Assembly: GCA_965215295.1 (NCBI GenBank)
Contig: OZ244045.1
Location: 1,581,518 to 1,645,517, forward strand
DNA length: 64,000 nucleotides
Origin: Gammaproteobacteria bacterium
GTDB lineage: Bacteria > Pseudomonadota > Gammaproteobacteria > HK1
Reading direction: 5' to 3'
Position numbers and translations under genes: made by a program. The notes under the pieces are model-generated. The model had not been told where the DNA came from, did no database searches, and was given only the letters and a program-made list of their open reading frames with translations. Below, piece by piece: positions 18,447 through 29,057 of the stretch; the first letter of the stretch is position 1, and the number at the start of each line of letters is the position of its first letter.

Positions 18447-18629
18447 CGGGCTCCTCGTCTTCACACCCGCCCTCCCGGGTTCGGCCGCAAACCGGCGTTC
18501 GGACATGGCGCCCCGCCCGGCGCCAGGACCCGGACTGCCAAGTGCCGGATGGCCATCGTGCCCCTCGTCTTCACACCCGCCCTCCCGGGTTCGGCCGCAA
18601 ACCGGCGTCCGGACATGGCGCCCCGCCCG
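18411..18629. repeat. 110-bp tandem duplication (2 copies) of the RBS, start codon and first 12 codons of the secreted-protein gene
   Basis: CGCCAGGACCCGGACTGCCA begins at 18411 and 18521. Copy 2 ends 4 nt before the polA stop. Confidence 0.9.
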
Positions 18630-18632
18630 CCG

Positions 18633-21326
18633 TCAATGCGCCTCGTCCCAGTTGTCCCCTTCGCCGATGTCGACCACCAGCGGCACCGCCAGCTCCGCCG
18701 CCCCGCTCATGCGCTCGCGGACGAGGGGGACAACGTCGCCGACCGCCTCGCTCGCCACCTCGAACACCAGCTCGTCGTGCACCTGCATGATCATGCGCAC
18801 CGGCGCCCCGGAGTCGGCGATCCACGCGTCGAGGCTCAGCATCGCGCGCTTGATGATGTCGGCCGCGGTGCCCTGCATCGGGGCGTTGATCGCGGTCCGC
18901 TCCGCGTACTGGCGGCGGTGGACGTTGCTCGACCTGATCTCGTGCAGGTACAGGCGCCGGCCGAAGACGGTCTCCACGTAGCCCCGCTCGCGCGCGCTCT
19001 CGCGGGTGGTGTCCATGAACGCCTTGACCCCCGGATACCGGGAGAAATACAGATCGACGTAGCGTTGCGCCTCGCCCCGCTCGATGCCGAGCTGGCGGGC
19101 GAGCCCGAACGCGGACATGCCGTAGATCAGCCCGAAGTTGATCGCCTTGGCGCTGCGGCGCTGCTCGTCGTCGACCTCCCCGGCGCCGCCCGCGAAGACC
19201 TCCGCCGCCGTCGCCCGGTGGATGTCGGCCCCGGACGCGAACGCGGCGAGCAGCCCCCGGTCGCCGGACAGGTGCGCCATGATGCGCAGCTCGATCTGGG
19301 AGTAGTCGGCCGCGAGGATTCGGAATCCGGGGTCGGCGACGAACGCCTGGCGGATCCGCCGGCCCTCGCGGGTGCGCACCGGGATGTTCTGCAGGTTCGG
19401 ATCCGCGGACGAGAGGCGTCCGGTGGCGGCGACCGCCTGGTGGTAGCTGGTGTGGACCCGCCCGGTGGCCGGGTTCACGCACGCCGGCAAGGCGTCGGTG
19501 TACGTCGACTTGAGCTTGTGCATCGCCCGGTGCTCCAGGATGAGCTTCGGCAGCTCGTGGTCGAAAGCGAGCTCCTGAAGCACCGACTCCGCCGTGGACG
19601 GCTGTCCCTTGGGGGTCTTGGCGAGCACCGGCAGTCCCAGCCGGCCGAAGAGGATCTCCCGGATCTGCTTCGCGGACCCGAGGTTGAACGGCCCGCCGGC
19701 GCAGGCGTGGGCGGACGCCTCGATCTCGCGCATCCGCGCCGCGAGCTCCGCGCTCTGCCGGTTCAGCCGCCGGACATCGATCCGCACTCCATTGCGCTCG
19801 ACGCGCGAGAGCACCGGCACCAGCGGCATCTCCACCGTGTCGCACAGCGCCGCCAGCGACGCATGCGCTTCGAGCCGCGGGCGCAGCGCCCGGTGCAGCC
19901 GCAGCGTGACGTCCGCGTCCTCCGCCGCGTAGGGCCCCGCGTCCTCGATCGGGATCCGGTCGAACGTGAGCTGCTTCGCGCCCTTGCCGGCGATGTCCTC
20001 GTAGTGGATGGTGCGGTGCCCCAGGTACTTGAGCGCCAGCGAGTCCATGTCGTGCCGGGTCGCGGTGCTGTCGAGCACGTAGGACTCCAGCATGGTGTCG
20101 AACGCGATTCCGGCCAGCCGGATGCCGGCGCGCGCGAGCACGCTCATGTCGTACTTGAGGTTCTGGCCGATCTTGGCCGGCCGCTCCGATTCGAGGATCG
20201 GGCGCAGCCTCTCCAGCACCCTCTCGCGCGGAAGCTGGTCCGGCGCCCCCGGGTAGTCGTGCCCGAACGGGACGTAGGCGGCGTGCCCGGGATCGACCGC
20301 GAACGACACCCCGACCAGCTCCGCCCGCATGTAGTCGAGACTCGTGGTCTCGGTGTCGAACGCGATCTCCCCGGCCGCCCCGAGGCGCTCGATCCAGGCC
20401 TCCAGGGCGGCTTCGTCCAGCACCGTCTCGTACTCGGCCGCGGGTGCTTCGGCCGGCGCGTCGCCGCCCGTGTCGAGCAGCTCCCCGAGCCAGGTCCTGA
20501 ACTCCAGCTCGCCGTAGAGCGCCTTGAGCGCCTCCGCATCCGGCTCGCGAAGCTCCAGTTCGAGCGGGCCGAGGTCGAGGTCCACCTTGCGGTGGATGGT
20601 CACCAGCTCCTTCGAGAGCGGGATCTGCTCCAGGCTCGCGCGCAGGCTCTCCCCCACCTTGCCCTTGATCTCGTCCTTGTGGGCGATGATGTTCTCGACC
20701 GTACGGTACTCGGCCAGCCACTTCACCGCGGTCTTGGGTCCGACCTTCGGGACCCCGGGCACGTTGTCGACCGCATCGCCGACGAGCGCGAGATAGTCGA
20801 CGATGGATTCGGGCGGCACCCCGAACCTGGCCGTGACTCCGGCCGGGTCGAGGACCGGATCGTCCATGGTGTTGACCATCGTGACGCGGTCGTCCACGAG
20901 CTGGGCCATGTCCTTGTCGCCGGTGCATATCAGGACGTCGAGCTCCACCGCCTTGGCCTGCTCGGCGAGGGTGCCGATGACGTCGTCGGCCTCCACTCCC
21001 TCCTCCACCAGCACCGGGAATCCGAGCGCGCGCACGATGGCGTGGATGGAGTCGATCTGGGCGCGCAGCTCCATGGGCATGGGCGGACGGTTCGCCTTGT
21101 ACTGCGGGTACAGATCGTCGCGGAAGGTCCTGCCCTTCGCATCGAAGACCACCGCCGCGAGCTCGGGCGCGGCCTCCGCCTCCAGCCGCTTCAGCATGTT
21201 CGTCATGCCGTAGGCCGCGCCGGTGGGCTTTCCCCTGGAGTTGGTGAGCGAGGGCAGCGCGTGGAACGCGCGGTACAGGTACGAGGAGCCGTCCACCAGG
21301 ACGAGACGGCGGCGTGTCGCGGACAT
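18633..21326 (-). CDS. polA: DNA polymerase I
   Basis: Trimmed to ATG 21326 (MSATRRRLVLVDGSSYLYRAFHALP, 5-prime nuclease N-terminus). 897 aa. C-terminal QVHDELVFE and polymerase motifs. Confidence 0.95.
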   Translation of the reverse strand: MSATRRRLVLVDGSSYLYRAFHALPSLTNSRGKPTGAAYGMTNMLKRLEAEAAPELAAVVFDAKGRTFRDDLYPQYKANRPPMPMELRAQIDSIHAIVRALGFPVLVEEGVEADDVIGTLAEQAKAVELDVLICTGDKDMAQLVDDRVTMVNTMDDPVLDPAGVTARFGVPPESIVDYLALVGDAVDNVPGVPKVGPKTAVKWLAEYRTVENIIAHKDEIKGKVGESLRASLEQIPLSKELVTIHRKVDLDLGPLELELREPDAEALKALYGELEFRTWLGELLDTGGDAPAEAPAAEYETVLDEAALEAWIERLGAAGEIAFDTETTSLDYMRAELVGVSFAVDPGHAAYVPFGHDYPGAPDQLPRERVLERLRPILESERPAKIGQNLKYDMSVLARAGIRLAGIAFDTMLESYVLDSTATRHDMDSLALKYLGHRTIHYEDIAGKGAKQLTFDRIPIEDAGPYAAEDADVTLRLHRALRPRLEAHASLAALCDTVEMPLVPVLSRVERNGVRIDVRRLNRQSAELAARMREIEASAHACAGGPFNLGSAKQIREILFGRLGLPVLAKTPKGQPSTAESVLQELAFDHELPKLILEHRAMHKLKSTYTDALPACVNPATGRVHTSYHQAVAATGRLSSADPNLQNIPVRTREGRRIRQAFVADPGFRILAADYSQIELRIMAHLSGDRGLLAAFASGADIHRATAAEVFAGGAGEVDDEQRRSAKAINFGLIYGMSAFGLARQLGIERGEAQRYVDLYFSRYPGVKAFMDTTRESARERGYVETVFGRRLYLHEIRSSNVHRRQYAERTAINAPMQGTAADIIKRAMLSLDAWIADSGAPVRMIMQVHDELVFEVASEAVGDVVPLVRERMSGAAELAVPLVVDIGEGDNWDEAH

Positions 21327-21528
21327 GGAACCCTTGCCTGCCGGTCGTGGGGCGCCGGGAGCGCGGAGGCGGTCAGTATACGCCCGCGCCGTCCCCGCCT
21401 CCGGCTCGAACGCCTCCGGCGAAGCGCGTGTCTGCGGAGCGCGGAGTCGATCCGTGTCCGGCGAGCCTGGACGGGCGGCGGCGCGTGCCGTCGAGCCCGG
21501 CGCCGGATGCCGTGAGCCGGTACGGCTA

Positions 21529-21556
21529 TTGACGTGTGCATCGGCTACTTCAGAAT
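21529..21556 (+). promoter_or_regulatory. candidate sigma70 promoter for dxs
   Basis: TTGACG (21529-21534), 16-nt spacer, CAGAAT (21551-21556), about 75 nt upstream of the proposed dxs start. Confidence 0.3.
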
Positions 21557-21631
21557 TGGCACCGCACCGGGCGCCGCCCGGTGTGCGGCGGGAAACCGTG
21601 GCCACGGCACTCCGGTTCCGGAGCGGAAACA

Positions 21632-23515
21632 TTGAGCTCGCAAGACGACCATCCCCTCCTCTCTTCGATCCAGGCTCCGGCGGACCTCCGCCGGCTGCCG
21701 GAGCGTGCGCTGCGCGACGTGGCGCGGGAGCTTCGCCGGTACCTCGTCGAGAGCGTCTCCCGGTCGGGCGGCCACTTCGCGGCCGGTCTCGGCGTCGTCG
21801 AGCTCACCATTGCGCTGCACTATCTCTACGACACCCCGCACGACCGCATCGTGTGGGACGTCGGCCACCAGAGCTATCCCCACAAGATCCTCACCGGGCG
21901 GCGCGAGCAGGTGCACTCGGTGCGCAAGTGGGGCGGCCTCTCGCCGTTCCCCACCCGCAGCGAGAGCCCCTACGACGCCTTCGGCGGCGGCCACGCGGGC
22001 AATTCGATCGGAGCGGCGACCGGAATGGCGATCGCGGCCCGGCGCACCGGCAGCGACCGCAAGGTCGTCGCCGTCGTCGGCGACGGGGGCCTGACCTGCG
22101 GCATGGCGTTCGAGGCGCTCAATCACGCCGGCGGCGCCGGCGCCGACCTGCTCGTGGTGTTCAACGACAACGAGATGTCGATCTCGCCGAACGTCGGCGC
22201 ACTCACCAACCGCTTCGCCCAGCTCCTCTCGAGCCGCCTCTACGCCACCGTCAAGGAGGGCGGCAAGAAGGTCCTCGGCAGGATGCCGCCGATCCAGGAG
22301 TTCGCGCGCCGGACCGAGGAGCACGTCAAGGGGCTGATCGTGCCCGGTGCGCTGTTCGAGGAGCTCGGCTTCAACTATGTCGGACCCGTGGACGGACACA
22401 ATCTGAGCGCGTTGCTCCCCACGCTGCGGAACCTCAAGCGGCTCGGCGGCCCGCAGTTGCTGCACGTCGTCACCCGCAAGGGCAAGGGCTACGCGCCCGC
22501 GGAATCCGACCCGGTGAAGTACCACGGCATCGGCTCCCCGTTCGACCCGGCGGTGGGGATCGTGCCGAGTGCGGAGGCGGCGACGGCGGGTCCGACCTAT
22601 TCGCAGGTCTTCGGAGACTGGCTGTGCGACATGGCCGGGCGCGACGAACGGCTCGTGGCGATCACCCCCGCGATGCGCGAGGGCTCGAAGATGGAGCGGT
22701 TCGAGCAGCTTCATCCGGAGCGGTTCTTCGATGTCGCGATCGCCGAGCAACACGCGGTGACGTTCGCCGCCGGGCTCGCCTGCGAGGGGTTGAAGCCGGT
22801 GGTGGCGATCTATTCGACGTTCCTGCAACGCGCCTACGACCAGGTCGTGCACGACGTGGTGCTGCAGGACCTCGCGGTGATGTTCGCGATCGATCGCGCG
22901 GGGGTCGTGGGCGGCGACGGCCCCACCCACGCCGGCGCGTATGACGTGACCTGCCTGCGCTGCCTGCCGAACGTCGTGATCATGACGCCGGCCGACGAGA
23001 ACGAGGCCCGCCGGATGCTGTACACGGGATTCCTCCACGACGGGCCGTGCGCGGTGCGCTATCCGCGGGGCGCGGGTCCGGGGGCGCCGGTCGAGCGCGA
23101 GATGCGGGCGGTTCCCGTCGGCAAGGCCGAGGAGCGGCGCCGGGGGTCGCGGATCGCGTTCCTCTCGTTCGGGCCGCTGCTCCACCATGTGATGGAGGTG
23201 GCGGAGGGGCTCGACGCGACGGTGTTCGACATGCGCTTCGTCAAGCCCCTGGACGAGGAGGCGGTGCTGTCGCTCGCCGGCGATCACGAGCTGCTGGTGA
23301 CGGTCGAGGAGAATGCGGTCGGGGGGGCCGGGGGGGCGGTGAGCGAGTGCCTCGCGGCCCACGGCGTGGCGAAGCGGCTGCTGCAGATAGGACTCCCCGA
23401 TCGGTTCATCCCGCACGGCGGGCGCGGAGACATGCTTGCCGACGCGGGGCTCGACGCGGCCGGGATCGCGCGCTCCGTCGACGAGTACCTCGCCCGCTAC
23501 GAAGGAGCCGCCTGA
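21632..23515 (+). CDS. dxs: 1-deoxy-D-xylulose-5-phosphate synthase
   Basis: Aligns with E. coli Dxs from residue 1 if the TTG at 21632 is used (GGAG 7 nt upstream). Motifs [20 protein letters not shown] and [17 protein letters not shown]. Confidence 0.9.
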   Translation: MSSQDDHPLLSSIQAPADLRRLPERALRDVARELRRYLVESVSRSGGHFAAGLGVVELTIALHYLYDTPHDRIVWDVGHQSYPHKILTGRREQVHSVRKWGGLSPFPTRSESPYDAFGGGHAGNSIGAATGMAIAARRTGSDRKVVAVVGDGGLTCGMAFEALNHAGGAGADLLVVFNDNEMSISPNVGALTNRFAQLLSSRLYATVKEGGKKVLGRMPPIQEFARRTEEHVKGLIVPGALFEELGFNYVGPVDGHNLSALLPTLRNLKRLGGPQLLHVVTRKGKGYAPAESDPVKYHGIGSPFDPAVGIVPSAEAATAGPTYSQVFGDWLCDMAGRDERLVAITPAMREGSKMERFEQLHPERFFDVAIAEQHAVTFAAGLACEGLKPVVAIYSTFLQRAYDQVVHDVVLQDLAVMFAIDRAGVVGGDGPTHAGAYDVTCLRCLPNVVIMTPADENEARRMLYTGFLHDGPCAVRYPRGAGPGAPVEREMRAVPVGKAEERRRGSRIAFLSFGPLLHHVMEVAEGLDATVFDMRFVKPLDEEAVLSLAGDHELLVTVEENAVGGAGGAVSECLAAHGVAKRLLQIGLPDRFIPHGGRGDMLADAGLDAAGIARSVDEYLARYEGAA

Positions 23516-23556
23516 ACCCGCCCGCCCCCGCGGCATTCCGGGAACACCTCGCCCGG

Positions 23557-23680
23557 GGCGGCAGCCCGGACCGGGGCGTCCGGTCCCTCCGGCAGCCGTT
23601 GCAGCACCGCACAACGCAGCCCCACACGACATCGGGGACGGGGTGGCGGCAGCCCGGACCGGGCCGTCCGGCCCCTCCGG
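23557..23680. repeat. two copies (88 bp apart) of a GC hairpin element between convergent dxs and ptsI
   Basis: GGCGGCAGCCCGGACCGGGGCGTCCGGTCCCTCCGG at 23557-23592 and a near-identical copy at 23645-23680. Each has a GGACCGG/CCGGTCC stem. Possible bidirectional terminators. Confidence 0.5.
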
Positions 23681-23712
23681 GCGGCGTGCGTCGCGGCCGC
23701 ATCCGGACGCGC

Positions 23713-25464
23713 TCAGACCTCGGTCCGGTTCAGCCGGTTCAGTTCGTCGACGAGCGCGTGGCGCGTCGCGGCATGGGTGGAGAGCAGGATGCGGCGGGTG
23801 GACTTCCGGGCCGAGGTGATCCGGGTCTCGCCGATGATCTGCTTGACCTCCAGCAGCGCGTTCGGGTGCACCGAGAACTCCCGCAGCCCCATTCCCAGGA
23901 GCAGCTTCGTGTAACGCGCATCCCCCGCCATCTCTCCGCACATCGCGACCGGGATGCCGGCCTTGCGTCCCGCGGCGATGGTGGTCGCCACCAGCCGCAG
24001 CACCGCCGGATGCAGCGGGTCGTAGAGGTAGCTCACCTCGTCGTCGACGCGGTCGATGGCGATGGTGTACTGGATGAGATCGTTGGTCCCGATCGACAGG
24101 AAGTCGAGCCGGCGGGCGAAGATGTCGGCGCAGATGGCGGCGGCCGGAACCTCGATCATCGCGCCGACCGGCATCGACGCATCGTACCCCTCGCCCCGCT
24201 CGTCGAGCTCGCGCTTGCAGTCGCGCACGATGCGCAGCACCTGGTCCAGCTCGGTGGTGTTCGCGAGCATCGGGATCATCATGCGCACCGGACCGCACGC
24301 CGATGCCCGCAGAATGGCCCGGATCTGCGGCCGGAACAGGCTCTGATCCTTCAGGCACAGCCGCACCGCGCGCAGGCCGAGGGCGGGATTGGAGGTGGCC
24401 GGCGCATCCGGGCGGGCGCCGTCGACCTGCTTGTCCGCGCCGAGATCCAGGGTGCGGACGGTCACCGGAAACCCCTTCAGCGCCGTGACGAGCTCCGAGT
24501 ACGCCTCGAACTGCTCCTGCTCGTCCGGCGGATGGCTGCGGTTCATGAACAGGAACTCGGTCCGGTAGAGCCCGACCCCGGCCGCACCGTCACGCACCGC
24601 ACCGGCGGACTCGCCGGGCAGCTCGACGTTGGCCTGCAGGATCACCGGTTCCCCGTCCGCGGTCACCGTCGGGGTCGCCCGGAGCTTGCGTCGCGCGACC
24701 CTGGTGCGCTCGATCTCGCGCCGGCGGTATTCGTAGAACCGCTTGACGATGTCGGCCGGCGAGACGATGACGACGCCCTCGCGCCCGTCGAGCACCACCT
24801 CGTCCCCGTCTCGCAGCAGCGCCGCCGAGCGGTGCAGGCCCACCACGGCGGGGATGTTCAGGCTGCGGGCGAGAATGGCGGTGTGCGAGTTCGAGCCGCC
24901 GAACTCGGTCATGAACCCCGCGACGCCCTGGTGCTGCATGAGCACGGTATCGGCCGGAGTCAGGTCGTCGGCGTAGACGATCCTCCCGGCGGCGGACTCG
25001 CCCGGCGGCGGCCGCTTCCCGCCCGCTTCCCGGAGATGGGTCTGCACGCGGTCGACCACGTGCTCGACATCGTCCTTGCGGGTGCGCAGGTAGGGGTCGT
25101 CCATCGCGTCGAAGACGGCGACGAGCGCATCGCATTCCAGCTTGAGGGCCCACTCCGCGTTGCATCGCAGCTCGCGGATGTAGCCGAGGGGCGCGGTGGT
25201 GATCGCCTCGTCTTCGAGCATCAGGAGGTGGGTGTCGATGAACGCTGCGATCTCCTTCGGCGTCCCCTCGGGGATTCGCGCCTTGACTGCGCCGAGCTCG
25301 CGGCGGGCGGCGGCCACGGCGCGCCCGAAGCGTTCCACTTCGGCTTCGACCCGGGATGGATCGAGCCTGCGCTCGATCGCCTCCGGCCGGCCGCGGGCCA
25401 CCGCGTGCACGCGTCCGATCGCGAGTCCCCTGGAGGCGCTGATTCCGCGGATGGTGAAGGTCAT
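23713..25464 (-). CDS. ptsI: phosphoenolpyruvate-protein phosphotransferase (PTS enzyme I, no GAF domain)
   Basis: Trimmed to ATG 25464. 583 aa. Active-site region GGSNSHTAILARSL and C-terminal PEP-utiliser TIM barrel motifs. Confidence 0.9.
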   Translation of the reverse strand: MTFTIRGISASRGLAIGRVHAVARGRPEAIERRLDPSRVEAEVERFGRAVAAARRELGAVKARIPEGTPKEIAAFIDTHLLMLEDEAITTAPLGYIRELRCNAEWALKLECDALVAVFDAMDDPYLRTRKDDVEHVVDRVQTHLREAGGKRPPPGESAAGRIVYADDLTPADTVLMQHQGVAGFMTEFGGSNSHTAILARSLNIPAVVGLHRSAALLRDGDEVVLDGREGVVIVSPADIVKRFYEYRRREIERTRVARRKLRATPTVTADGEPVILQANVELPGESAGAVRDGAAGVGLYRTEFLFMNRSHPPDEQEQFEAYSELVTALKGFPVTVRTLDLGADKQVDGARPDAPATSNPALGLRAVRLCLKDQSLFRPQIRAILRASACGPVRMMIPMLANTTELDQVLRIVRDCKRELDERGEGYDASMPVGAMIEVPAAAICADIFARRLDFLSIGTNDLIQYTIAIDRVDDEVSYLYDPLHPAVLRLVATTIAAGRKAGIPVAMCGEMAGDARYTKLLLGMGLREFSVHPNALLEVKQIIGETRITSARKSTRRILLSTHAATRHALVDELNRLNRTEV

Positions 25465-25489
25465 CGGAGGTCCCGCCGTCTGCCGTCCG

Positions 25490-25768
25490 TCATTCCGGCT
25501 CGTCGAACCGTCCCGCGACGAGGCGCTCGATGGCTTCCGTCGCCGCGGCGGCATCGTCCCCCCACGCCACCACCTCGACGCTCGTCCCCCTGGACGCGGC
25601 GAGCATCATGACCTTCATGATGCTCTTCGCATCGGCCTCGCGGCCATCGCGGCGGATCAGGATCCGCGACTCGAATCCCGACGCGAGCTCGACGAGCCTG
25701 GCGGCGGCCCGGGCGTGCAGCCCGAGCTTGTTGACGATCGTCATCGTCCTGCGGTCTTCGGCGCTCAC
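25490..25768 (-). CDS. ptsH: HPr / NPr family phosphocarrier protein
   Basis: IVNKLGLHARAAARLV contains the phospho-His motif. GTG 25768 overlaps the hemD stop (GTGA) and restores a normal-length N-terminus. Alternative ATG at 25744. Confidence 0.8.
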   Translation of the reverse strand: MSAEDRRTMTIVNKLGLHARAAARLVELASGFESRILIRRDGREADAKSIMKVMMLAASRGTSVEVVAWGDDAAAATEAIERLVAGRFDEPE

Positions 25769-26610
25769 TGGACTCGTGGCCCGGCGGACCCACGCCGCGG
25801 CACGCGCCGCTCCCGGGCCGGGGCGCCCACCGCGCGGGCCGCCGCCTCGACGAGCGACGCGGCGTCCGCGCCGCGGGCCACCGCGACCCGCGGCAGGTTC
25901 CGGGCCCGGGCCACGCCGGCGACCCGTTCGCCGGCGGTGACCACGGTCCGATGCGCCAGCCAGGAGGCCGTCCACGGCGCCGCATCGAGCAGGTTCTCAA
26001 GCGCCTCGGCGCTCGTCGCGGTGACGACGTCGACCGACTCGCGCACGCCGTCGAGCCTGTCCGCGAGCCCCTCCGGAGCCGTTCTGCGGTAGACGTCCGC
26101 CTCGATCACCAGGGCGCCGCGCCTGGCCAGCTCCCTCGCGAGAAGGCCGCGCCCGCCTTCGCCCTTGACGATCGCGACGAGCCGGCCCCGCACCCGCCGG
26201 GTCCGGAGCTGCGCACACGCGAGCAACCCCTCGCTGTCGAACCGCCCGGACGGGATACCGACGCCTTCCACCCCGCGAGAGCGCAACGCGGCCGCGGTGG
26301 CCCGGCCGACCGCGAGCACCACCGGCGGCATTCGATCGCCGGCGGCGTCCGGCGCCAGACCGAAGAAGCCGTCGACGGCATTGACGCTGGTGAACACCGC
26401 GACCGCCACGTCGGCCAGCCGGTCGCGAAGCCGATGGACCGAGCGCGCGTCCTCGACCGGAACGATGGCGATCGCGGGCACGCAACGTGCGTCGGCGCCC
26501 TCGGCAACGAACGCGTCCGCCAGCCGCGCCGCCGCCGGTTCGGGTCGCGTCACCAGCACCCGCACGCCCCGCAGGCGTCCGTTTCGCCCGGTCACGGGCG
26601 GCCTCGGCAT
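25765..26610 (-). CDS. hemD: uroporphyrinogen-III synthase
   Basis: Directly downstream of hemC. N-terminus GVRVLVTRP is typical of HemD. Start 26610 chosen; alternative ATG at 26721. Confidence 0.75.
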   Translation of the reverse strand: MPRPPVTGRNGRLRGVRVLVTRPEPAAARLADAFVAEGADARCVPAIAIVPVEDARSVHRLRDRLADVAVAVFTSVNAVDGFFGLAPDAAGDRMPPVVLAVGRATAAALRSRGVEGVGIPSGRFDSEGLLACAQLRTRRVRGRLVAIVKGEGGRGLLARELARRGALVIEADVYRRTAPEGLADRLDGVRESVDVVTATSAEALENLLDAAPWTASWLAHRTVVTAGERVAGVARARNLPRVAVARGADAASLVEAAARAVGAPARERRVPRRGSAGPRVQ

Positions 26611-26725
26611 GGCCGGCCGCGGACCGACCGCGCACGCCCCCGAACCCGCTCCATCGGCCCCGGACCTCCCGCGCCTCGGGTCCGCGCACCTCGCACTTCC
26701 ACGCATCGCGTCCCCATGCATCGCT

Positions 26726-27658
26726 TCATTGTCCCGCCGCGGCGCAGATCCCGGAAAGGATCTCGCCCGCACCCTGTCCGAGCACCGCGTCCGCCGCCTC
26801 CGCGCCCAACCCTTCCGCCTGCTCCGCATCGCCTCGAGCCCGCCCCCGCAGCACCTGCGCGCCGTCGAGGCTCGCGACCAGGCCGCGCAGGTTCAACGCC
26901 GCGCCGTCGAGGGTCGCATACGCCGCGATCGGCACTTGGCATCCGCCTTCGAGCCGCCGGTTGAACGCCCGCTCCGAAAGCACGCACGACGTGGTGCGCG
27001 GACATGCGAGCGGGGCAATCAGCGCCTCCACCCGGGTGTCGCCGCGCCGGCATTCGACACCGAGCGCCCCCTGCCCCGCCGCCGGCAGCATCGTTGCGAC
27101 ATCGAGCGCCTCCGCCACCCTCGAGCCGTGCCCCCCGCGCTCCAGGCCGGACACCGCGAGCACGATCGCGTCGAAGTCGCCGTCGTCCAGCCGCCGCAGC
27201 CGGGTGTCGACACCGCCACGCAGGTTCTCGATGCGCAGGTCCGGGCGATGCGCCGCGAGCTGGCATCGGCGGCGCAGGCTCGACGTGCCCACCGACGCTC
27301 CCTCCGGCAGGGCGTCGAGTCCGCCGAAGCGGGTCGAGACGAGCGCGTCGCGCGGGTCCGCACGGGCCATGATGACCGGAAGGTGAAGCCCCGGCGGCAG
27401 CTCGACCGGCACGTCCTTCATCGAGTGCACCGCGATGTCCGCACGCCCGTCGAACAGCGCGTGCTCCAGCTCCTTGATGAAGAGTCCCTTGCCGCCCACC
27501 CTGGCCAGCGGCGCGTCGAGCATCCTGTCGCCGCTCGTGCGCATCGCCACGAGCTCGACCGCGAGCTCCGGGTTTCGCTCGCGCAACGCGTCGGCGACAT
27601 GCTCCGCCTGCCACAGGGCGAGCGGGCTCCGTCGGGTTGCGATCCTCAACACGGCCAT
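26726..27658 (-). CDS. hemC: hydroxymethylbilane synthase (porphobilinogen deaminase)
   Basis: 310 aa. [43 protein letters not shown]. Confidence 0.95.
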   Translation of the reverse strand: MAVLRIATRRSPLALWQAEHVADALRERNPELAVELVAMRTSGDRMLDAPLARVGGKGLFIKELEHALFDGRADIAVHSMKDVPVELPPGLHLPVIMARADPRDALVSTRFGGLDALPEGASVGTSSLRRRCQLAAHRPDLRIENLRGGVDTRLRRLDDGDFDAIVLAVSGLERGGHGSRVAEALDVATMLPAAGQGALGVECRRGDTRVEALIAPLACPRTTSCVLSERAFNRRLEGGCQVPIAAYATLDGAALNLRGLVASLDGAQVLRGRARGDAEQAEGLGAEAADAVLGQGAGEILSGICAAAGQ

Positions 27659-28082
27659 CGCGGCTCGAACTCCACGTGCTCCGCACGGACCGATGTCCGG
27701 CCCGGCGTTCGGGCTTCAATGCTAACCCGGATTTCTCATCAGCTACCGGCTGCGGACGCGGATCCGGCGGCATCGGCCGTGCTGTAGCGCGCCGTCCATG
27801 GCGTGCCCCCTTCGGGGCGCCGGGGGGAGTCCAGCCCCGGCGGATTCGTAAACGCGGGCGGGGGCTCGACATACCGGAACGGGTGCCGGAGACTACGACC
27901 GAGAGAAAGGATCCGGACGCAGGACCATCCCGAAGTCGGAGGCATCCCGCTGATTCGCCTTGTTTTCCAGCGGCAATCTGAACAAGTCTATTTTGTATTC
28001 AAATCAATTGCTTACGAGAGAAAACAAGATGCTCCCGGATCTGGACGACTTCGAGATGATGGCGAACCGGTAGTTGTCTACA

Positions 28083-29057
28083 ATGGACCCCACGCTCCTT
28101 CCGGCAGCCGAACGTCCGATGGCTCCCCGCGCAACCGTCACGCCTGCCGCCACCATTCTTCACGGGGACGCCTACGACCTCCTGCCATCACTCGGTTCCG
28201 GGAGCATCGACCTCCTCATCACGAGTCCGCCGTACTGGGGCCACCGAACGTACGAGCAGGAACACAACTGGAACATACTTCAGGACTGGTTGCGCTCCGG
28301 AGCGGAAAAGACCGACATCCCGGACTACGAGTGGTACCGCGATCATGGAGGTTCGCTTGGGCTGGAACCCCTGCCCGATTGGTACATCGCCCATCTGGTG
28401 GAGATGCTCGAGCTCTTCCGCCCCGCACTCAAGCCTTCCGGGAGCATCTGGATCAACCTCGGTGACACCTATTTCGCCCGCTGGGCCAGCATTCGGCAGA
28501 ACGGCCGTCAAGGATTGGACGATAAAGCCCGCCAAAGGCGCCGCACCCCGATGGGTGGTTACCGTCAGGAGAAGCAACTGCTCCTCATCCCCGCCCGATT
28601 CGCTATCGCCATGCAGGAAAAACGCTGGATACTTCGCAACGACGTGATCTGGTACAAGCCGAACATCCCACCCCGTCCGGAGAAAGATCGCCTTCGCCTC
28701 AGCCACGAGCATTTCTTCCATTTCGTTGCGCGGCCGACAAACGGCCGAGCCAAGTACTACTACGATCTTTCGAAAACCGAGGCAGGGTCGAACGACGTCG
28801 TCACGCAGTATGTCCGCCCGGGAGAGAACGGGCATACGGCTACATTTCCGGAATCCCTGATTCGCCCACGCATACTGAGTAGCTGTCCCCCCGGCGGGAC
28901 GGTTCTCGATCCGTTTTGCGGCACCGGTCGGGCTCTGGGGGCCTCGATAGCATCCGGGCGTCGAGCCATCGGGTTCGACACCTCCAGATCGTATGTGGAG
29001 GCGGCATCGGAGCTGACGAAGAGGTGTCAGTCGGGACTGATGGACTCGGACCGATGA
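28083..29057 (+). CDS. DNA methyltransferase, N4/N6 beta class with SPPY motif (likely N4-cytosine)
   Basis: DLLITSPPYW catalytic motif precedes the C-terminal SAM motif VLDPFCGTGR (beta-class order). Start uncertain (TTG 28074, ATG 28083). Stop overlaps the next gene start (ATGA). Confidence 0.85.
   Translation: MDPTLLPAAERPMAPRATVTPAATILHGDAYDLLPSLGSGSIDLLITSPPYWGHRTYEQEHNWNILQDWLRSGAEKTDIPDYEWYRDHGGSLGLEPLPDWYIAHLVEMLELFRPALKPSGSIWINLGDTYFARWASIRQNGRQGLDDKARQRRRTPMGGYRQEKQLLLIPARFAIAMQEKRWILRNDVIWYKPNIPPRPEKDRLRLSHEHFFHFVARPTNGRAKYYYDLSKTEAGSNDVVTQYVRPGENGHTATFPESLIRPRILSSCPPGGTVLDPFCGTGRALGASIASGRRAIGFDTSRSYVEAASELTKRCQSGLMDSDR

Noticed and set aside
26611-26721. Longer hemD starting at ATG 26721, 5 nt after the hemC stop
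   Set aside because: The added 37 residues (MHGDAMRGSARCADPRRGRSG...) are low-complexity and unlike HemD N-termini. ATG 26610 places the conserved VLVTRP at the usual distance. It is kept as an alternative only.
28029-28073. 14-codon ORF (MLPDLDDFEMMANR) upstream of the SPPY methyltransferase, considered as a possible controller (C) protein
   Set aside because: It is far too short for an HTH C-protein and has no RBS. The nearby inverted repeat is noted only as a possible operator.
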